Shown: positions 29,681-39,273, counted from the first letter of the stretch. The stretch is 64,000 bases of DNA from Pseudonocardiaceae bacterium (GCA_050699815.1 JBOHFT010000001.1:3850-67849), one strand, 5' to 3'. Numbers and translations: made by a program. Notes: generated from the sequence alone by a model not told the origin.

Positions 29681-29749
29681 CTCATGCCCAGGTGCCTCAT
29701 GCCCAGGTGCCTCATGCCCAGGTGCCTCATGCCCAGGTGCCCCTCATGC
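29681..29749. repeat. 15-bp tandem repeat CTCATGCCCAGGTGC x4 perfect, plus a partial fifth copy
   Basis: Read directly: units at 29681-95, 29696-710, 29711-25 and 29726-40, then CCCTCATGC. It fills the 72-bp gap between the NUDIX stop (29744-46) and the GTG start (29671) of the DUF6049 gene. Confidence 0.97.
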
Positions 29750-30346
29750 AGAGTCCGCGAGCATCTCGGTGGCGCGACGGACCAGGCGGCGCTCGTCGGC
29801 GTAGGCCAGCCGCTGCGGCAGGTCGGCCAGTGGCACCCAGGCCACCTCGGTGACCTCCACGTCGGCGTCGGACAGCTCCCCACCCAGCGCCCGCAGCAGG
29901 AAGTGGTGCACTGTTTTGTGCACCCGGCGGTCCTCGGCGACGAACCAGTAGTCGATGCAGCCCAGGGCCGCGACCACCGCGCTGTCGATCCCGGTCTCTT
30001 CGGCGACCTCGCGCACGGCCGCCTGCTCCACGGTCTCGCCGTGCTCGACGTGACCTTTGGGCAGTGACCACAGCAGCCGGCCGCGCCGATCCAGCCGGCC
30101 GATCACGGCCGCCCGCCCGGTGTCGGTGTCGACCACCAGCCCGCCTGCCGAGGTCTCGTCCACGGTCCGCATCTGGTCGGCTTGGCGCTTGCCGCTGGGT
30201 TCGTCGCTGTTGCCGACCCCGACGCCATCAGCCCGGCTCCCCTTGGTGCCCTTACCCTGGCCCGCCCTGCGTTGGCGGCTCCTGCCCTGGCGGGGTGCAT
30301 CTCGGGCGGCCTTGTCACGGCCGGACCGGTTGGCGGGCGGGGGCAT
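29744..30346 (-). CDS. NUDIX hydrolase (MutT4-like) with Arg/Gly-rich N-terminal tail
   Basis: [27 protein letters not shown] (Nudix box GX5EX7REUXEEXGU). An alternative start is Met at 30172. Confidence 0.85.
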   Translation of the reverse strand: MPPPANRSGRDKAARDAPRQGRSRQRRAGQGKGTKGSRADGVGVGNSDEPSGKRQADQMRTVDETSAGGLVVDTDTGRAAVIGRLDRRGRLLWSLPKGHVEHGETVEQAAVREVAEETGIDSAVVAALGCIDYWFVAEDRRVHKTVHHFLLRALGGELSDADVEVTEVAWVPLADLPQRLAYADERRLVRRATEMLADSA

Positions 30347-30455
30347 GAGGCTGATGGTATCCGCGGGGTGGGGTTGCCGGTGGGCCTACTGCGGCGGCGG
30401 CGGACCGTTACGCTGGCTCCTCGTGTCCCCTTCGCCCTCCGCGGTAGGAAACCGC

Positions 30456-31937
30456 ATGCCGTCGGTGAGCCCAGCACAGCACAATGCCGTGGTGGAACTG
30501 CTCCGGATCGCGCCGGTGGCAGACGAGCTGGCCGCCCGGTTCAGCGCGGCCGGTCATTCGCTGTATCTCGTGGGCGGCAGCGTGCGCGACGCCCTGCTCG
30601 GCCGGCTGGGCAGCGACCTGGACTTCACCACCGACGCCCGCCCGGACGCCACCCGGCGGATCCTGGACGGCTGGGCCGACGCGGTGTGGGACACCGGGAT
30701 CGCCTTCGGCACCGTCGGCGCGACCAGGGCCGGCACCCACTGCGAGATCACCACCTACCGCGCTGACCGCTACGACCGGGTCTCCCGCAATCCCGATGTG
30801 ATCTTCGGCGACACCGTCGAGGGCGACCTGGCCCGGCGTGATTTCACCGTGAACGCGATGGCCGTGCAGCTGCCGTCGCGAGACCTGCTTGCAGGGTCGA
30901 GCCATCAACACCGAGGAGCCGGCCGGTTCGTCGACCCGCACGGTGGGATGGCCGCGCTGGCCCGCCGTGAGCTGGACACCCCCGCGACACCGCAGGAGTC
31001 CTTCGCCGACGACCCGCTGCGGATGCTGCGCGCGGCCCGGTTCGTCTCCCAGCTCGGTTTCACCCTGGCCCCCCGGGTGCGGGCCGCGCTGGTCGACATG
31101 GCACCCGAGATCCGCCGGATCACCGCCGAGCGGGTCGGCGCGGAACTGTCCAAGCTGCTGCTCGGGGCGCATCCGCGGGCCGGCGTGGAGCTGATGGTGG
31201 ACACCGGGCTGGCTGACCATGTGCTGCCCGAGGTGCCCGCGATGCGCTTGGAGATAGATGAGCATCACCAGCACAAGGACGTCTACGTGCATTCGCTGAC
31301 GGTGCTCGACCAGGTGATCGCGCTCGAGGACGGCGAGCCTGACCTGGTGCTGCGGCTGGCGGCGTTGCTGCATGACATCGGCAAGCCGGCCACCCGCAGG
31401 CACGAGGCCGGCGGCGGGGTGAGCTTCCACCATCACGAGGTGGTCGGGGCCAAGCTGGTCCGCAAGAGGATGCGCGCCCTGCGTTACCCCACGCACGTCG
31501 TCGACGACGTCGCGGCGCTGGTGTTCTTGCACCTGCGGTTCCACGGTTACGGCGGCGGGGAGTGGACCGACTCGGCGGTGCGGCGCTATGTCACCGACGC
31601 CGGGGATCTGCTGCCGCGGCTGCACAAGCTCGTCCGGGCCGACTGCACCACCCGCAACCGCCGCAAGGCGGCCGCGCTGCAGCGCACCTACGACGGCCTG
31701 GAGCTGCGCATCGAGCGGATCCGCGCCGAGGAGGACCTGGCCCGGGTGCGCCCGGACCTCGACGGTAACGCGATCATGGAGCTGCTCGGGCTGGCGCCCG
31801 GCCCGCTGGTCGGCCAGGCCTGGCGGCACCTCAAGGACGTGCGCCTGGACCGCGGCCCGCTATCCCGCGACGAGGCCGAGGCCGAGCTGCGCCGCTGGGC
31901 CCAGGACAACCTCCCCGCCGGTGGATCGAGCCCGTGA
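30456..31937 (+). CDS. cca: CCA-adding enzyme / poly(A) polymerase family (PcnA-like) with HD domain
   Basis: In the frame of ORF 30057..31937 from ATG 30456: LYLVGGSVRDALLGRLGSDLDFTT...RRDFTVNAMAV...LLHDIGKP. Confidence 0.9.
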   Translation: MPSVSPAQHNAVVELLRIAPVADELAARFSAAGHSLYLVGGSVRDALLGRLGSDLDFTTDARPDATRRILDGWADAVWDTGIAFGTVGATRAGTHCEITTYRADRYDRVSRNPDVIFGDTVEGDLARRDFTVNAMAVQLPSRDLLAGSSHQHRGAGRFVDPHGGMAALARRELDTPATPQESFADDPLRMLRAARFVSQLGFTLAPRVRAALVDMAPEIRRITAERVGAELSKLLLGAHPRAGVELMVDTGLADHVLPEVPAMRLEIDEHHQHKDVYVHSLTVLDQVIALEDGEPDLVLRLAALLHDIGKPATRRHEAGGGVSFHHHEVVGAKLVRKRMRALRYPTHVVDDVAALVFLHLRFHGYGGGEWTDSAVRRYVTDAGDLLPRLHKLVRADCTTRNRRKAAALQRTYDGLELRIERIRAEEDLARVRPDLDGNAIMELLGLAPGPLVGQAWRHLKDVRLDRGPLSRDEAEAELRRWAQDNLPAGGSSP

Positions 31938-31949
31938 ACCCGACGCGGG

Positions 31950-32105
31950 TCAGCAGCCGAGTTCGCCGGTGCGCAGGGCGGTGGTGAAGGCGGTCCAGGC
32001 GGGCGGGGGGACGGCCAGCACGCTGCCGGCCGGGTTCTTGGAGTCGCGCAGCAGCGGCCTGGCGGGATCGGATCGAGGTGTGCGGGTTTCCGGGCATAGG
32101 ACGCA
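31950..32105 (-). pseudogene. DUF397 gene remnant (C-terminal half only)
   Basis: Hand translation: ...PLLRDSKNPAGSVLAVPPPAWTAFTTALRTGELGC*, matching the C-terminal half of the DUF397 protein at 19072. The N-terminal CxE part is absent and an upstream in-frame TAG lies at 32106-08. Confidence 0.5.
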
Positions 32106-32254
32106 CTATGCACGATGCGTGACGCCAACAAAATCACTCGATCGTGCTATTGCTTGCAGCACGTGCAATGGAGCTGAGGGGTCGCTGTCCCAGACTGGGC
32201 CTCGTCCGCAACGTCCTGTCGGTGCGGCGCACGCTCGTCTGTACGCTGTTATGT

Positions 32255-32482
32255 ATGCAGCGAGAGCGGCTAACTGTGAGCATGGAACCGCAGACGGTGG
32301 CGTGGGTGCGGCAGTGCGGGGCACGCACCCGGGGTGGCGCCTCTGCGTATCTCGAGCACCTGGTCCGTCAGGACGCGTTGCGGGCGGCGGCGGCATCAGC
32401 GGCCAGCTGGTACGCAGCGCACCCGACTTACGCAGCTGACAGCGCGGCCGAGACCAGGGCGGCGCTGGACCAGACAGCGTGA
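32255..32482 (+). CDS. Putative antitoxin of MazF-like toxin
   Basis: MQRERLTVSMEPQTVAWVRQCGARTRGGASAYLEHLVRQDAL (RHH-like). 4-nt overlap with the toxin gene. The start is uncertain. Confidence 0.55.
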   Translation: MQRERLTVSMEPQTVAWVRQCGARTRGGASAYLEHLVRQDALRAAAASAASWYAAHPTYAADSAAETRAALDQTA

Positions 32483-32781
32483 GGCGAGGGGACCTCTACC
32501 GTTACGAACCAGTGCTGGCCAGGCCCGGCCAGCCGACCACCAGGCTCATCGTCTCCGCCGACGCAGTGAACGCCAACGACGCCCTGCCTGCGGTCTACGC
32601 AATGCACGTCGTGGACTCCGACCCCGGCTCGCTGCTGGCCGTGCGGGTCGGGGAGTTCGGCTGGGCGTTTGCTCTGGAGATCGATCGCCCACCCCGCCGC
32701 CTCGTCGAGCACCTGGGCCGCGCCACCCCCGAAGAGCTTGAGCAGGTCGACAACGCTATCCGGGCGGTCTTCGAGGTATAG
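32479..32781 (+). CDS. mazF: MazF/PemK-family endoribonuclease toxin
   Basis: MRRGDLYRYEPVLARPGQPTTRLIVSADAVNAND...VVDSDPGSLLAVRVGEFGWAFALEIDRPPRRLV. It has the RGD(L/I)(Y/W) start and the size typical of MazF. Confidence 0.72.
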   Translation: MRRGDLYRYEPVLARPGQPTTRLIVSADAVNANDALPAVYAMHVVDSDPGSLLAVRVGEFGWAFALEIDRPPRRLVEHLGRATPEELEQVDNAIRAVFEV

Positions 32782-32858
32782 GACCAAGGGCAGCTCCGCC
32801 ACCCAGTTCTGTCGCTCTATCCTGGCCACCGACCGCGCGGAACCGGAAGGGATCCCCC

Positions 32859-33587
32859 ATGCACAGTGACCTGTTCGCGCCCAGCCATCAGGAGACCGAG
32901 CCCACCCAGCGGGGCATGGTGCGGCAGAACTCGAAGATGCTCAAGGTCGCGCTAGACGGTGAGGTGCTCGCCCGGCGGGGTTCGATGGTCGCCTACCAGG
33001 GCCAGGTGCAGTTCACGGCGCTGGGCTCGGGCGGGGTGGGCAAGTTCCTCAAGCAGAAGCTGACCGGCGAGGGCATCCCGCTGATGAAGGTGTCCGGCCA
33101 GGGCGACGTGTTCCTCGCCGACCTTGCGGCTGACGTGCATCTGATCGACCTGGAGGGTCCGCACGACGCGCTGACTGTCAACGGCAAGAACGTGCTGGCT
33201 TTCGAGCCCACCCTGAAATACGAGATCCGCCGGGTCGACGGCGCAGGCATGCTCTCCGCGGCGGGCCTGTACAACTGCGTGTTCTCCGGGCCGGGCCGCA
33301 TCGCGATCACCGCGAAGGGTTCACCGGTAGTGCTCACCGTCGATCAGCCCACCTACGCCGACCCGCAGGCGGCGATCGCCTGGTCGGCCTCGCTGCAGAC
33401 CGGGTTCCACCGGGCCGACCAGCTGAGCCTGGGCACGCTGCTCGGCCGCACCACCGGCGAGGCGTTCACGATGAGCTTCGCCGGGCAGGGCTTCGTCATC
33501 GTGCAGCCCTCGGAGGAGTTGCCGGACAACAGCGGCACCGACGAGTCCGAGGGCGGCGGACTGCTCGGTGGGCTGATGGGCCGCTAA
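32859..33587 (+). CDS. AIM24 family protein (DUF124/TIGR00266)
   Basis: 242 aa: LKVALDGEVLARRGSMVAYQGQVQFTALG...GIPLMKVSGQGDVFLA...VNGKNVLAFEPTL...FSGPGRIAI...FVIVQPSEE. Confidence 0.85.
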   Translation: MHSDLFAPSHQETEPTQRGMVRQNSKMLKVALDGEVLARRGSMVAYQGQVQFTALGSGGVGKFLKQKLTGEGIPLMKVSGQGDVFLADLAADVHLIDLEGPHDALTVNGKNVLAFEPTLKYEIRRVDGAGMLSAAGLYNCVFSGPGRIAITAKGSPVVLTVDQPTYADPQAAIAWSASLQTGFHRADQLSLGTLLGRTTGEAFTMSFAGQGFVIVQPSEELPDNSGTDESEGGGLLGGLMGR

Positions 33588-33617
33588 CCGGTGCACTCCG
33601 AATGCCTGGTGCCTTCC

Positions 33618-33679
33618 GCATTCAGCGGGCTCAGCGGGGCTATAAGGGGTCCGATAGCCCCGCTGAGCCCGCTGAATGC
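33618..33679. terminator. Perfect 26-bp-stem hairpin between convergent genes (probable bidirectional terminator)
   Basis: GCATTCAGCGGGCTCAGCGGGGCTAT (33618-43), a 10-nt loop, then ATAGCCCCGCTGAGCCCGCTGAATGC (33654-79), which is its exact reverse complement. There is no U-tract. The right arm encodes the last 13 codons of the MFS ORF. Confidence 0.7.
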
Positions 33680-34977
33680 GCAGGAGCCCGGTCGATGCGG
33701 CCGTAGAGGGCTGCTGCGGTGAGGTAGGCGGCAGCGGCTAGGAGGAGGAGTTCGGGGGCGTGGCCATCTGGCGGTACTACCGTGGCGGCTAGTGCAGCGG
33801 CGAGGACGTAGCCGACGTTGAATACCGTGTCATACAGCGCGAAGACCCGGCCGCGCACCTCGTCCCCGACGTCGCCCTGCACCGTGGCGTCCAGGCTCAG
33901 CTTTACCACCTGCCCCGCTGTGGACAGTGCGAACGCGGCGGCCAGCATCGTCGGCATGATCATCGGCAGGCCGAGCGCGACGATCAGTATCCCGGCGGCC
34001 AGCAGGGCACCGCGGACCGTGTGCCGCCGACCGAACCTGGCCACCAGCAGCGGCGTGAGCACCGCCGCGAGCAGCAACCCGGCCGCCCCGGCGACGAGCA
34101 CCTGCCCGACCCCGGGGAGCCCGGTCAGCAGCAGCCCGTGGGAGGTGAAGGTGTTGCTGTACAGCAGCAGCGTCACCAGGGTCGCGATGCCGAACGACAG
34201 CCGGTGCGCGGCGAGCGCCACCATGCCCGCGGCGACGCTGGGCACCCGGATCGCGGCGGTCAGGCCGTCGCGCAGCCCGCTGGCCACCGCCCGGGTTGCC
34301 TTGGCGGGCTCATCGGTGGAGTCCGGCCCGAGCTGGCCGGGCCGAAGGCTGGCCGCGATCGCCGCTGCGAGCAGCGAGCCCAGCACCGCACCCGCCGTCA
34401 CCCAGGCCGACCCAGTGTCGCCTGACCCGACCACCTCGCGCAGTCCGATCGCGCACACCCCGCCGAAGATGGTGCAGGCTGAGCCGACGGTGGCGGCCAG
34501 CGCGTTGGCTTCCACCAGGTGCCGTGGTGGCGCCACGTGCGGCAACCCCGCGGACAGCCCGGCCAGCACGAACCGGCTCACCCCGGTAACCAGCAGCGCT
34601 CCGAGGAACAGCGGTGTCCCACCCACCCCGGTCCCGACTGCCAGCGCCACCAGCACGATCAGCACGCCGCGCAGCAGGTTCGCCACCACCAGGACCGCCC
34701 GGCGATCCCAGCGGTCCAGCAGCGCCCCGGCGAACGGCCCCACCAGCGAGTACGGCAGCAGCAGCACGGCCAGCCCGGCCGCGATCGCCATCGGGTCGGC
34801 CTGGCGTTCCGGGTTGAACAGCACGGCGCCGCCCAACGCGGCCTGGAACACCCCGTCGCCCCACTGCGCGGCGAATCGGGAACCCAGCAACCGGCCGAAC
34901 CCGTGGGTGCCGAGCAGTCGTCGCACCCCTAGCCGGTCGGGCGGGCTGGCCTGGGCAGTGGACTGCGACGAGGTCAC
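33640..34977 (-). CDS. MFS transporter (EntS/DUF894-like)
   Basis: 445 aa and about 12 TM: FRLLGSRFAAQWGDGVFQAALGGAVLF...PFAGALLDRWDRR. Confidence 0.85.
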   Translation of the reverse strand: MTSSQSTAQASPPDRLGVRRLLGTHGFGRLLGSRFAAQWGDGVFQAALGGAVLFNPERQADPMAIAAGLAVLLLPYSLVGPFAGALLDRWDRRAVLVVANLLRGVLIVLVALAVGTGVGGTPLFLGALLVTGVSRFVLAGLSAGLPHVAPPRHLVEANALAATVGSACTIFGGVCAIGLREVVGSGDTGSAWVTAGAVLGSLLAAAIAASLRPGQLGPDSTDEPAKATRAVASGLRDGLTAAIRVPSVAAGMVALAAHRLSFGIATLVTLLLYSNTFTSHGLLLTGLPGVGQVLVAGAAGLLLAAVLTPLLVARFGRRHTVRGALLAAGILIVALGLPMIMPTMLAAAFALSTAGQVVKLSLDATVQGDVGDEVRGRVFALYDTVFNVGYVLAAALAATVVPPDGHAPELLLLAAAAYLTAAALYGRIDRAPAHSAGSAGLSDPL

Positions 34978-34988
34978 GAGCGGTCAGA

Positions 34989-35529
34989 CTAACGGTGCCA
35001 CGTGAGCGGGGCGCCAAGGAGGTGTGAACTTGACCGGTAGGGCCGATTGGCTGGCGTTGTTCGCTGCCGGATCGGGGACGGTCGGGCACCGCGCCGTGCG
35101 AGACAGCCTCGGGTGAATCCTCCCAGTCCTTTTGCCGCCCGAGTGGCGTCAGGTCGGGGAAGGGCCAGTTGCTGGCCAGCGCCCTCGACGCCTCGCCCGG
35201 TCGTGAAGTAGGCGCTGAAGACCTCGTCGCAGTCGTGGAGGAAGACGTTGCGCCTGAAGCCCGTTGTGACGCCGAAGCCGCTGCTTGCCGAGGAAAACAG
35301 GGGGATCTTCGCGTCCATGTGCTTCTTGAACGCCTCGATCTCGGCCGACGGCGCTCGCGACACCAGAGCCAGGGAGGTGTCGCAGGTGGCCGATGTTGTC
35401 GACGACCGTCGAGCAACCCGAACAGGGACCGTCGTCGCCCGGCTTGAGCATGTGGTGGTAGACGATGAGCTGGCGGCCGTCGACCAGGTCGAGCAGGCTC
35501 GCCTCGCCGCCTGAACCCGGCGGATTCAA
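34989..35529 (-). pseudogene. DUF899 thioredoxin-like protein, N-terminally truncated and frameshifted
   Basis: Pieces in three frames: GEASLLDLVDGRQLIVYHHMLKPGDDGPCSGCSTVVDNIGHL / VSRAPSAEIEAFKKHMDAKIPLFSSASSGFGVTTGF...VFSAYFTTGRGVE / ALASNWPFPDLTPLGRQKDWEDSPE. The 5' end is cut at 35530 by the IS30 remnant. Confidence 0.6.
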
Positions 35530-35530
35530 G

Positions 35531-36240
35531 GTCAGTTCATCACATGAGATGATCTTATGTGATGAACGGAGGCTTGGGTGCGCGGTAAGTACTGACGGTC
35601 GAGGAACGGGACGATGCTCTCCGCGGGATATGCGCGAATCCGTCGGATCGGACGATCTCCGCCCGGCTGGGACGGAGCCAGTCGGTCATCACCCGAGAGA
35701 TCATCCGAAACGGCGGCCGCGACAGCTACCGGGTGCACGCCGCGCAGGAACGGTACAAAACGCTGAAATCTCGCCGAAAGAGCGGAAACTGGAGAAGTAA
35801 TGAGCGATTGCATGATGCTGTCACGGAAAAACTACGGAACGACTTCTCACCGGAGCGGATCTCGGGCAGACTGAAAGAGGACTATCCCGGGGATGCGTAT
35901 GTCCCACGAGACGATCCATCAAGCGCTGTTCCTGCAGGCGAGAGGGGAGCTGCGGACACAGCTGAAGCTGGCCCTGCGGAGCGGCCGGGCCCAGCGGGTA
36001 CCGTGCGGTCGACCCGTCCGAAGCAGACCAAGGGTCGCCGGCATGGTCAACATCAGCGAGCGTCCGGCCGAGGCGCAGTACCGAGCAGTGCCGATCCGCT
36101 GGGAGGGGGATCTGATCATCGAGAAAAGCGGGGGAAACGCTGGGGTTCAAAACTCCGCCAGAGATGCTGGAGAAGGCGCTAATGGAAGCGTCTCATGCAC
36201 TGACCGCTTGAGACCGCCCCGGCAAAGGCGTACTCCTTAC
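35531..36240 (+). mobile_element. IS30-family insertion sequence remnant (frameshifted, internally deleted transposase)
   Basis: IS30-like pieces: ISARLGRSQSVITREIIRNGG..YRVHAAQERY; SPERISGRLKEDYPGD; VSHETIHQALFLQARGELRTQLKLALRSGRAQR; VNISERPAEAQYRAVPIRWEGDLII. It then jumps to the C-terminal tail, FKTPPEMLEKALMEASHALTA* (stop 36209-11). The DDE core is missing. An imperfect 33-bp palindrome lies at 35535-35567. The element ends are not defined. Confidence 0.65.
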
Positions 36241-36377
36241 CCAACCCGGGACCATCGGCAGCTGTCGGCGCTCGGCTGCCAGTGCGTCTCGGGCCCGGGT
36301 AGCTTCTTTCTCATTGACGAGCAGAAGCGAAAAGTGAAACTGTCCGGCCATGGGCCATGGTTAAAACAGGAGCAGCA

Positions 36378-39209
36378 ATGATGAAATTAATTGCGCGAGA
36401 GCAAGATTTTAGTACGCTGCAGAAGATGTACGTTGACAGCCTCGACGGTAGAGGCAGCGTGGCGGTGGTGAGCGGTGCTGTCGGATCTGGAAAAACTGAA
36501 TTACTACGTGCCATTGAAGAATGGGCTACGGAATCCGGCTCGCTAGTGCTCGCCGCCAACTGCTCACCGGTGGAGCGAGCACTCCCACTTAGCTTGGTCA
36601 CTCAGCTTTTCCACAGCGTTGAACTTGATCCGGAGCATGCCGAGAAGGTATCTTTATTTCTCAACGACAGAGCGGGTGCTCACGTTTTGACCGAGCCTGA
36701 CCGGGAAGTCATTAATCGCATTGATACGGGCTTGACGAAAGCTCTTTCAACGCTTCTGCTTGAACTTGCCAAAAATAGTCCGCTCGTAATTGTGATTGAT
36801 GATCTGCATCATGCTGACGGTCTTTCATTGCAGCTCCTGATATATTTCGTCAACCGGCTCAAAACCGCCCGGGTCCTGGTGGTGGTCACCGTATTGGCAA
36901 GTTGCAGGCCAGCTTACCCAATGCTCAGCACGGAACTTTTACGTCCACCATATACCCGGTGTTTCCGTCTTGCTCCACTGTCCCACGATGAGGTAGGTCG
37001 AATACTCTCCCAGGGAATCGATGATGATGCAGCCCAGCTCGCTGCTACTTGCCATGCTATCAGCGGAGGGAACCTGCGCCTGATATGTGCGTTAATGGAC
37101 GACTTTCGTTCATTGGTTGAGACGATTCCAGCGCGGCGCGCCCAGCATGTCTTCCTAGATGTCTTCCTAGGCGACGCATTTAGCGAGGCTGTGCGCACCA
37201 GCCTGCAGCGGTTCGACACGCAGGTTCTGCGGATTGCGCAGGCAGTCGCGGTGCTCGGCGACCTTGTCTCGCCCACTCTGCTCGGCAAGATCCTTGACAT
37301 GGCGGCTGAATCGACTACGCAGGCTATCCAGGAACTAGACATTGCCGGCCTGCTCGACTCAGGACAATTTCGGCATCAAGCGGTCCGATCAATCATACTC
37401 GCGGATATGGTCTCCGAAGAGCGTGCTGATCTCCATCTTAGAATCGCCGAGCTGCTGCATGACGGCGGTGCGCCCGCGACTACTGTCGCCGGGCATCTCA
37501 TCGCGGCGCGGCGAACTCAGGGCCAATGGGCTCTGGAAGTGTTGCTGAAGGCGGCGGAGCAGGTGGCCGATGACGGTCAGATTGGCATGGCGTTCGAATG
37601 TCTCAACTTAGCGTATCAAGATTGCTCTGACGAACGAGAGTGGGTGCCTATTGCGACCGCGCTTGTGAAGGTCGCATGGCGGCTCAATCCCTTCACTGCG
37701 TTGCGCCATTTACCGCAGCTGACCGAGGCAATCCGCGAGGGTCACCTGGACGGCCGGGGAGCCACGATGATAATTAGGTACCTACTCTGGCACGGCAAAC
37801 TCCATCAAGCGGAACAGGCGGTGAACAGCCTGTACGCTGCAGCCAGAACGGCCGGTGCCAAGGAGGCAGCCACTGAGCTCAACGAATTCAGCCTGTGGCT
37901 CTCCTGCTCATATCCTGAATTTTCCCAACGTATCTCGGCTGTATCGGGCGGTGAGACGAAACGCAGCATTTCCTTATCACCGGAGACAATTTATCCGAGC
38001 CTGCAGGGCACCACGTTGCTTGCTGACCTGCTTACTGGCGGTTCGCGAGAAAATGCCGTCCTCAACGCCGAGCAGTTTTTGCGGAGTTGTCGACCGCATG
38101 AAGCTGTGGATGAGCCGCTGACCTCCGCACTCGCCGTTTTGGTATATGCAGGAGAACTGGATTCAGCCAGCACCTGGTGCGTGTCCATCCTCAATAAAGC
38201 TGCGAGCCGCCGCGACGTGACCGGGCAAGCTTTGATTTCCAGCCTTCAAGCGGAAATCGCCGTCAGATCTGGCGACCCGCCCTCGGCGGAACAGTTTTCC
38301 CAGCGGGCGCTTAAGTATATTTCTACTCAAAGCTGGGGACTTGGGATCGGTGCTCCATTAGCCAGTATATTGTTAGCCGCAACGGTGATGGGAAAATACC
38401 AGGAGGCGGCTGAGTATCTCAATCAACCGGTACCAAAGGAAATGTTCCAGAGCCGATTCGGTCTCTACTACCAGCATGCTCGCGGGCATTACTACTTGGC
38501 GACGAACAACGGGCGTGCTGCTCTTGCCGACTTCCGGGTTTGTGGTGAGCTGATGCAGCGATGGGGTATCGACCAGCCGTCGTTGGTGCCGTGGCGGACT
38601 GACATGGCCCAAGCGCTACTGCACTTGGGTGAGAAGGACCGGGCGAGGAAGCTCGTATTAGAGCAACTAGCACGAATTGGAGCGGAACGTTCTCGGGCAT
38701 ACGGTATATCACTGCGAGTACTGGCGGCGACGACCGATCTCCAACATCAGCTCCAGCTGCTCAAGGAATCTATTGATGTTTTGGGAGAATGTGGCGACAG
38801 GCTCGAACTCGCCCGCTCGCTGGCTGACCTCAGCAGTGTGTATCACATACTTGGGGAATCCGCTAAGGCGCGGATGACGATTCGCCGAGCCAGGCACGTT
38901 GCCGGTGACCGCGAGATTGAGCACATGCAAGCTAGATATACGAAAAAACGCACAAGCAAGAATTTTGCAAGATTCCTCGGGGCCCAACAGGGGACCGTCG
39001 GGCAGGTGACGGAGTTGACAGTCTCAGAGCGAAGGGTGGCCGTGCTCGTTGCACAGGGATTCACCAACCGTGAGGTGGCGCAGAAACTGTACATCTCGGT
39101 TAGTACGGTCGAGCAACACTTGAGTAGGACCTACCGTAAACTCAAAATAAACCGCCGCGCAGAATTACCTGCCAGACTCGGACCGAACGATATGCACGAT
39201 ATGTTTTGA
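36378..39209 (+). CDS. LAL-family regulator (large ATP-binding LuxR)
   Basis: ORF 36357..39209. ATG at 36378 follows AGGAG. N-terminal Walker A: VAVVSGAVGSGKTELLRAI. C-terminal LuxR HTH: LTVSERRVAVLVAQGFTNREVAQKLYISVSTVEQHLSRTYRKL. GC is much lower than in the flanks. Confidence 0.9.
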   Translation: MMKLIAREQDFSTLQKMYVDSLDGRGSVAVVSGAVGSGKTELLRAIEEWATESGSLVLAANCSPVERALPLSLVTQLFHSVELDPEHAEKVSLFLNDRAGAHVLTEPDREVINRIDTGLTKALSTLLLELAKNSPLVIVIDDLHHADGLSLQLLIYFVNRLKTARVLVVVTVLASCRPAYPMLSTELLRPPYTRCFRLAPLSHDEVGRILSQGIDDDAAQLAATCHAISGGNLRLICALMDDFRSLVETIPARRAQHVFLDVFLGDAFSEAVRTSLQRFDTQVLRIAQAVAVLGDLVSPTLLGKILDMAAESTTQAIQELDIAGLLDSGQFRHQAVRSIILADMVSEERADLHLRIAELLHDGGAPATTVAGHLIAARRTQGQWALEVLLKAAEQVADDGQIGMAFECLNLAYQDCSDEREWVPIATALVKVAWRLNPFTALRHLPQLTEAIREGHLDGRGATMIIRYLLWHGKLHQAEQAVNSLYAAARTAGAKEAATELNEFSLWLSCSYPEFSQRISAVSGGETKRSISLSPETIYPSLQGTTLLADLLTGGSRENAVLNAEQFLRSCRPHEAVDEPLTSALAVLVYAGELDSASTWCVSILNKAASRRDVTGQALISSLQAEIAVRSGDPPSAEQFSQRALKYISTQSWGLGIGAPLASILLAATVMGKYQEAAEYLNQPVPKEMFQSRFGLYYQHARGHYYLATNNGRAALADFRVCGELMQRWGIDQPSLVPWRTDMAQALLHLGEKDRARKLVLEQLARIGAERSRAYGISLRVLAATTDLQHQLQLLKESIDVLGECGDRLELARSLADLSSVYHILGESAKARMTIRRARHVAGDREIEHMQARYTKKRTSKNFARFLGAQQGTVGQVTELTVSERRVAVLVAQGFTNREVAQKLYISVSTVEQHLSRTYRKLKINRRAELPARLGPNDMHDMF

Positions 39210-39273
39210 GTATGGTCCGGGTGATATTCCTCATGGCACAGTATCATAATGGCACAGTATTCATAATGACACG

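Noticed and set aside
29681-29749. CRISPR-like appearance of the short direct repeats (also at 11620-11700 and 53472-53535).
   Set aside because: The units are contiguous or nearly so, with no unique spacers of CRISPR length. Repeat lengths of 15-27 bp with 2-4 copies do not fit, and there are no cas genes in the window.
35535-35567. The 33-bp imperfect palindrome GTTCATCACAT-GAGATGATCTT-ATGTGATGAAC, considered as the IS30 terminal inverted repeat.
   Set aside because: I found no matching inverted copy near the other end of the remnant (36211-36350). It may be an operator or a hairpin instead, so the IS boundaries are left undefined.
39231-39272. AT-rich imperfect repeat TCATGGCACAGTAT CATAATGGCACAGTAT TCATAATGACAC between the convergent LAL and LmbU-like genes.
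   Set aside because: It is real in the sequence but short. It lies in a 3'/3' gap with no hairpin or promoter context, so I cannot assign a function beyond slippage in low-GC spacer DNA.
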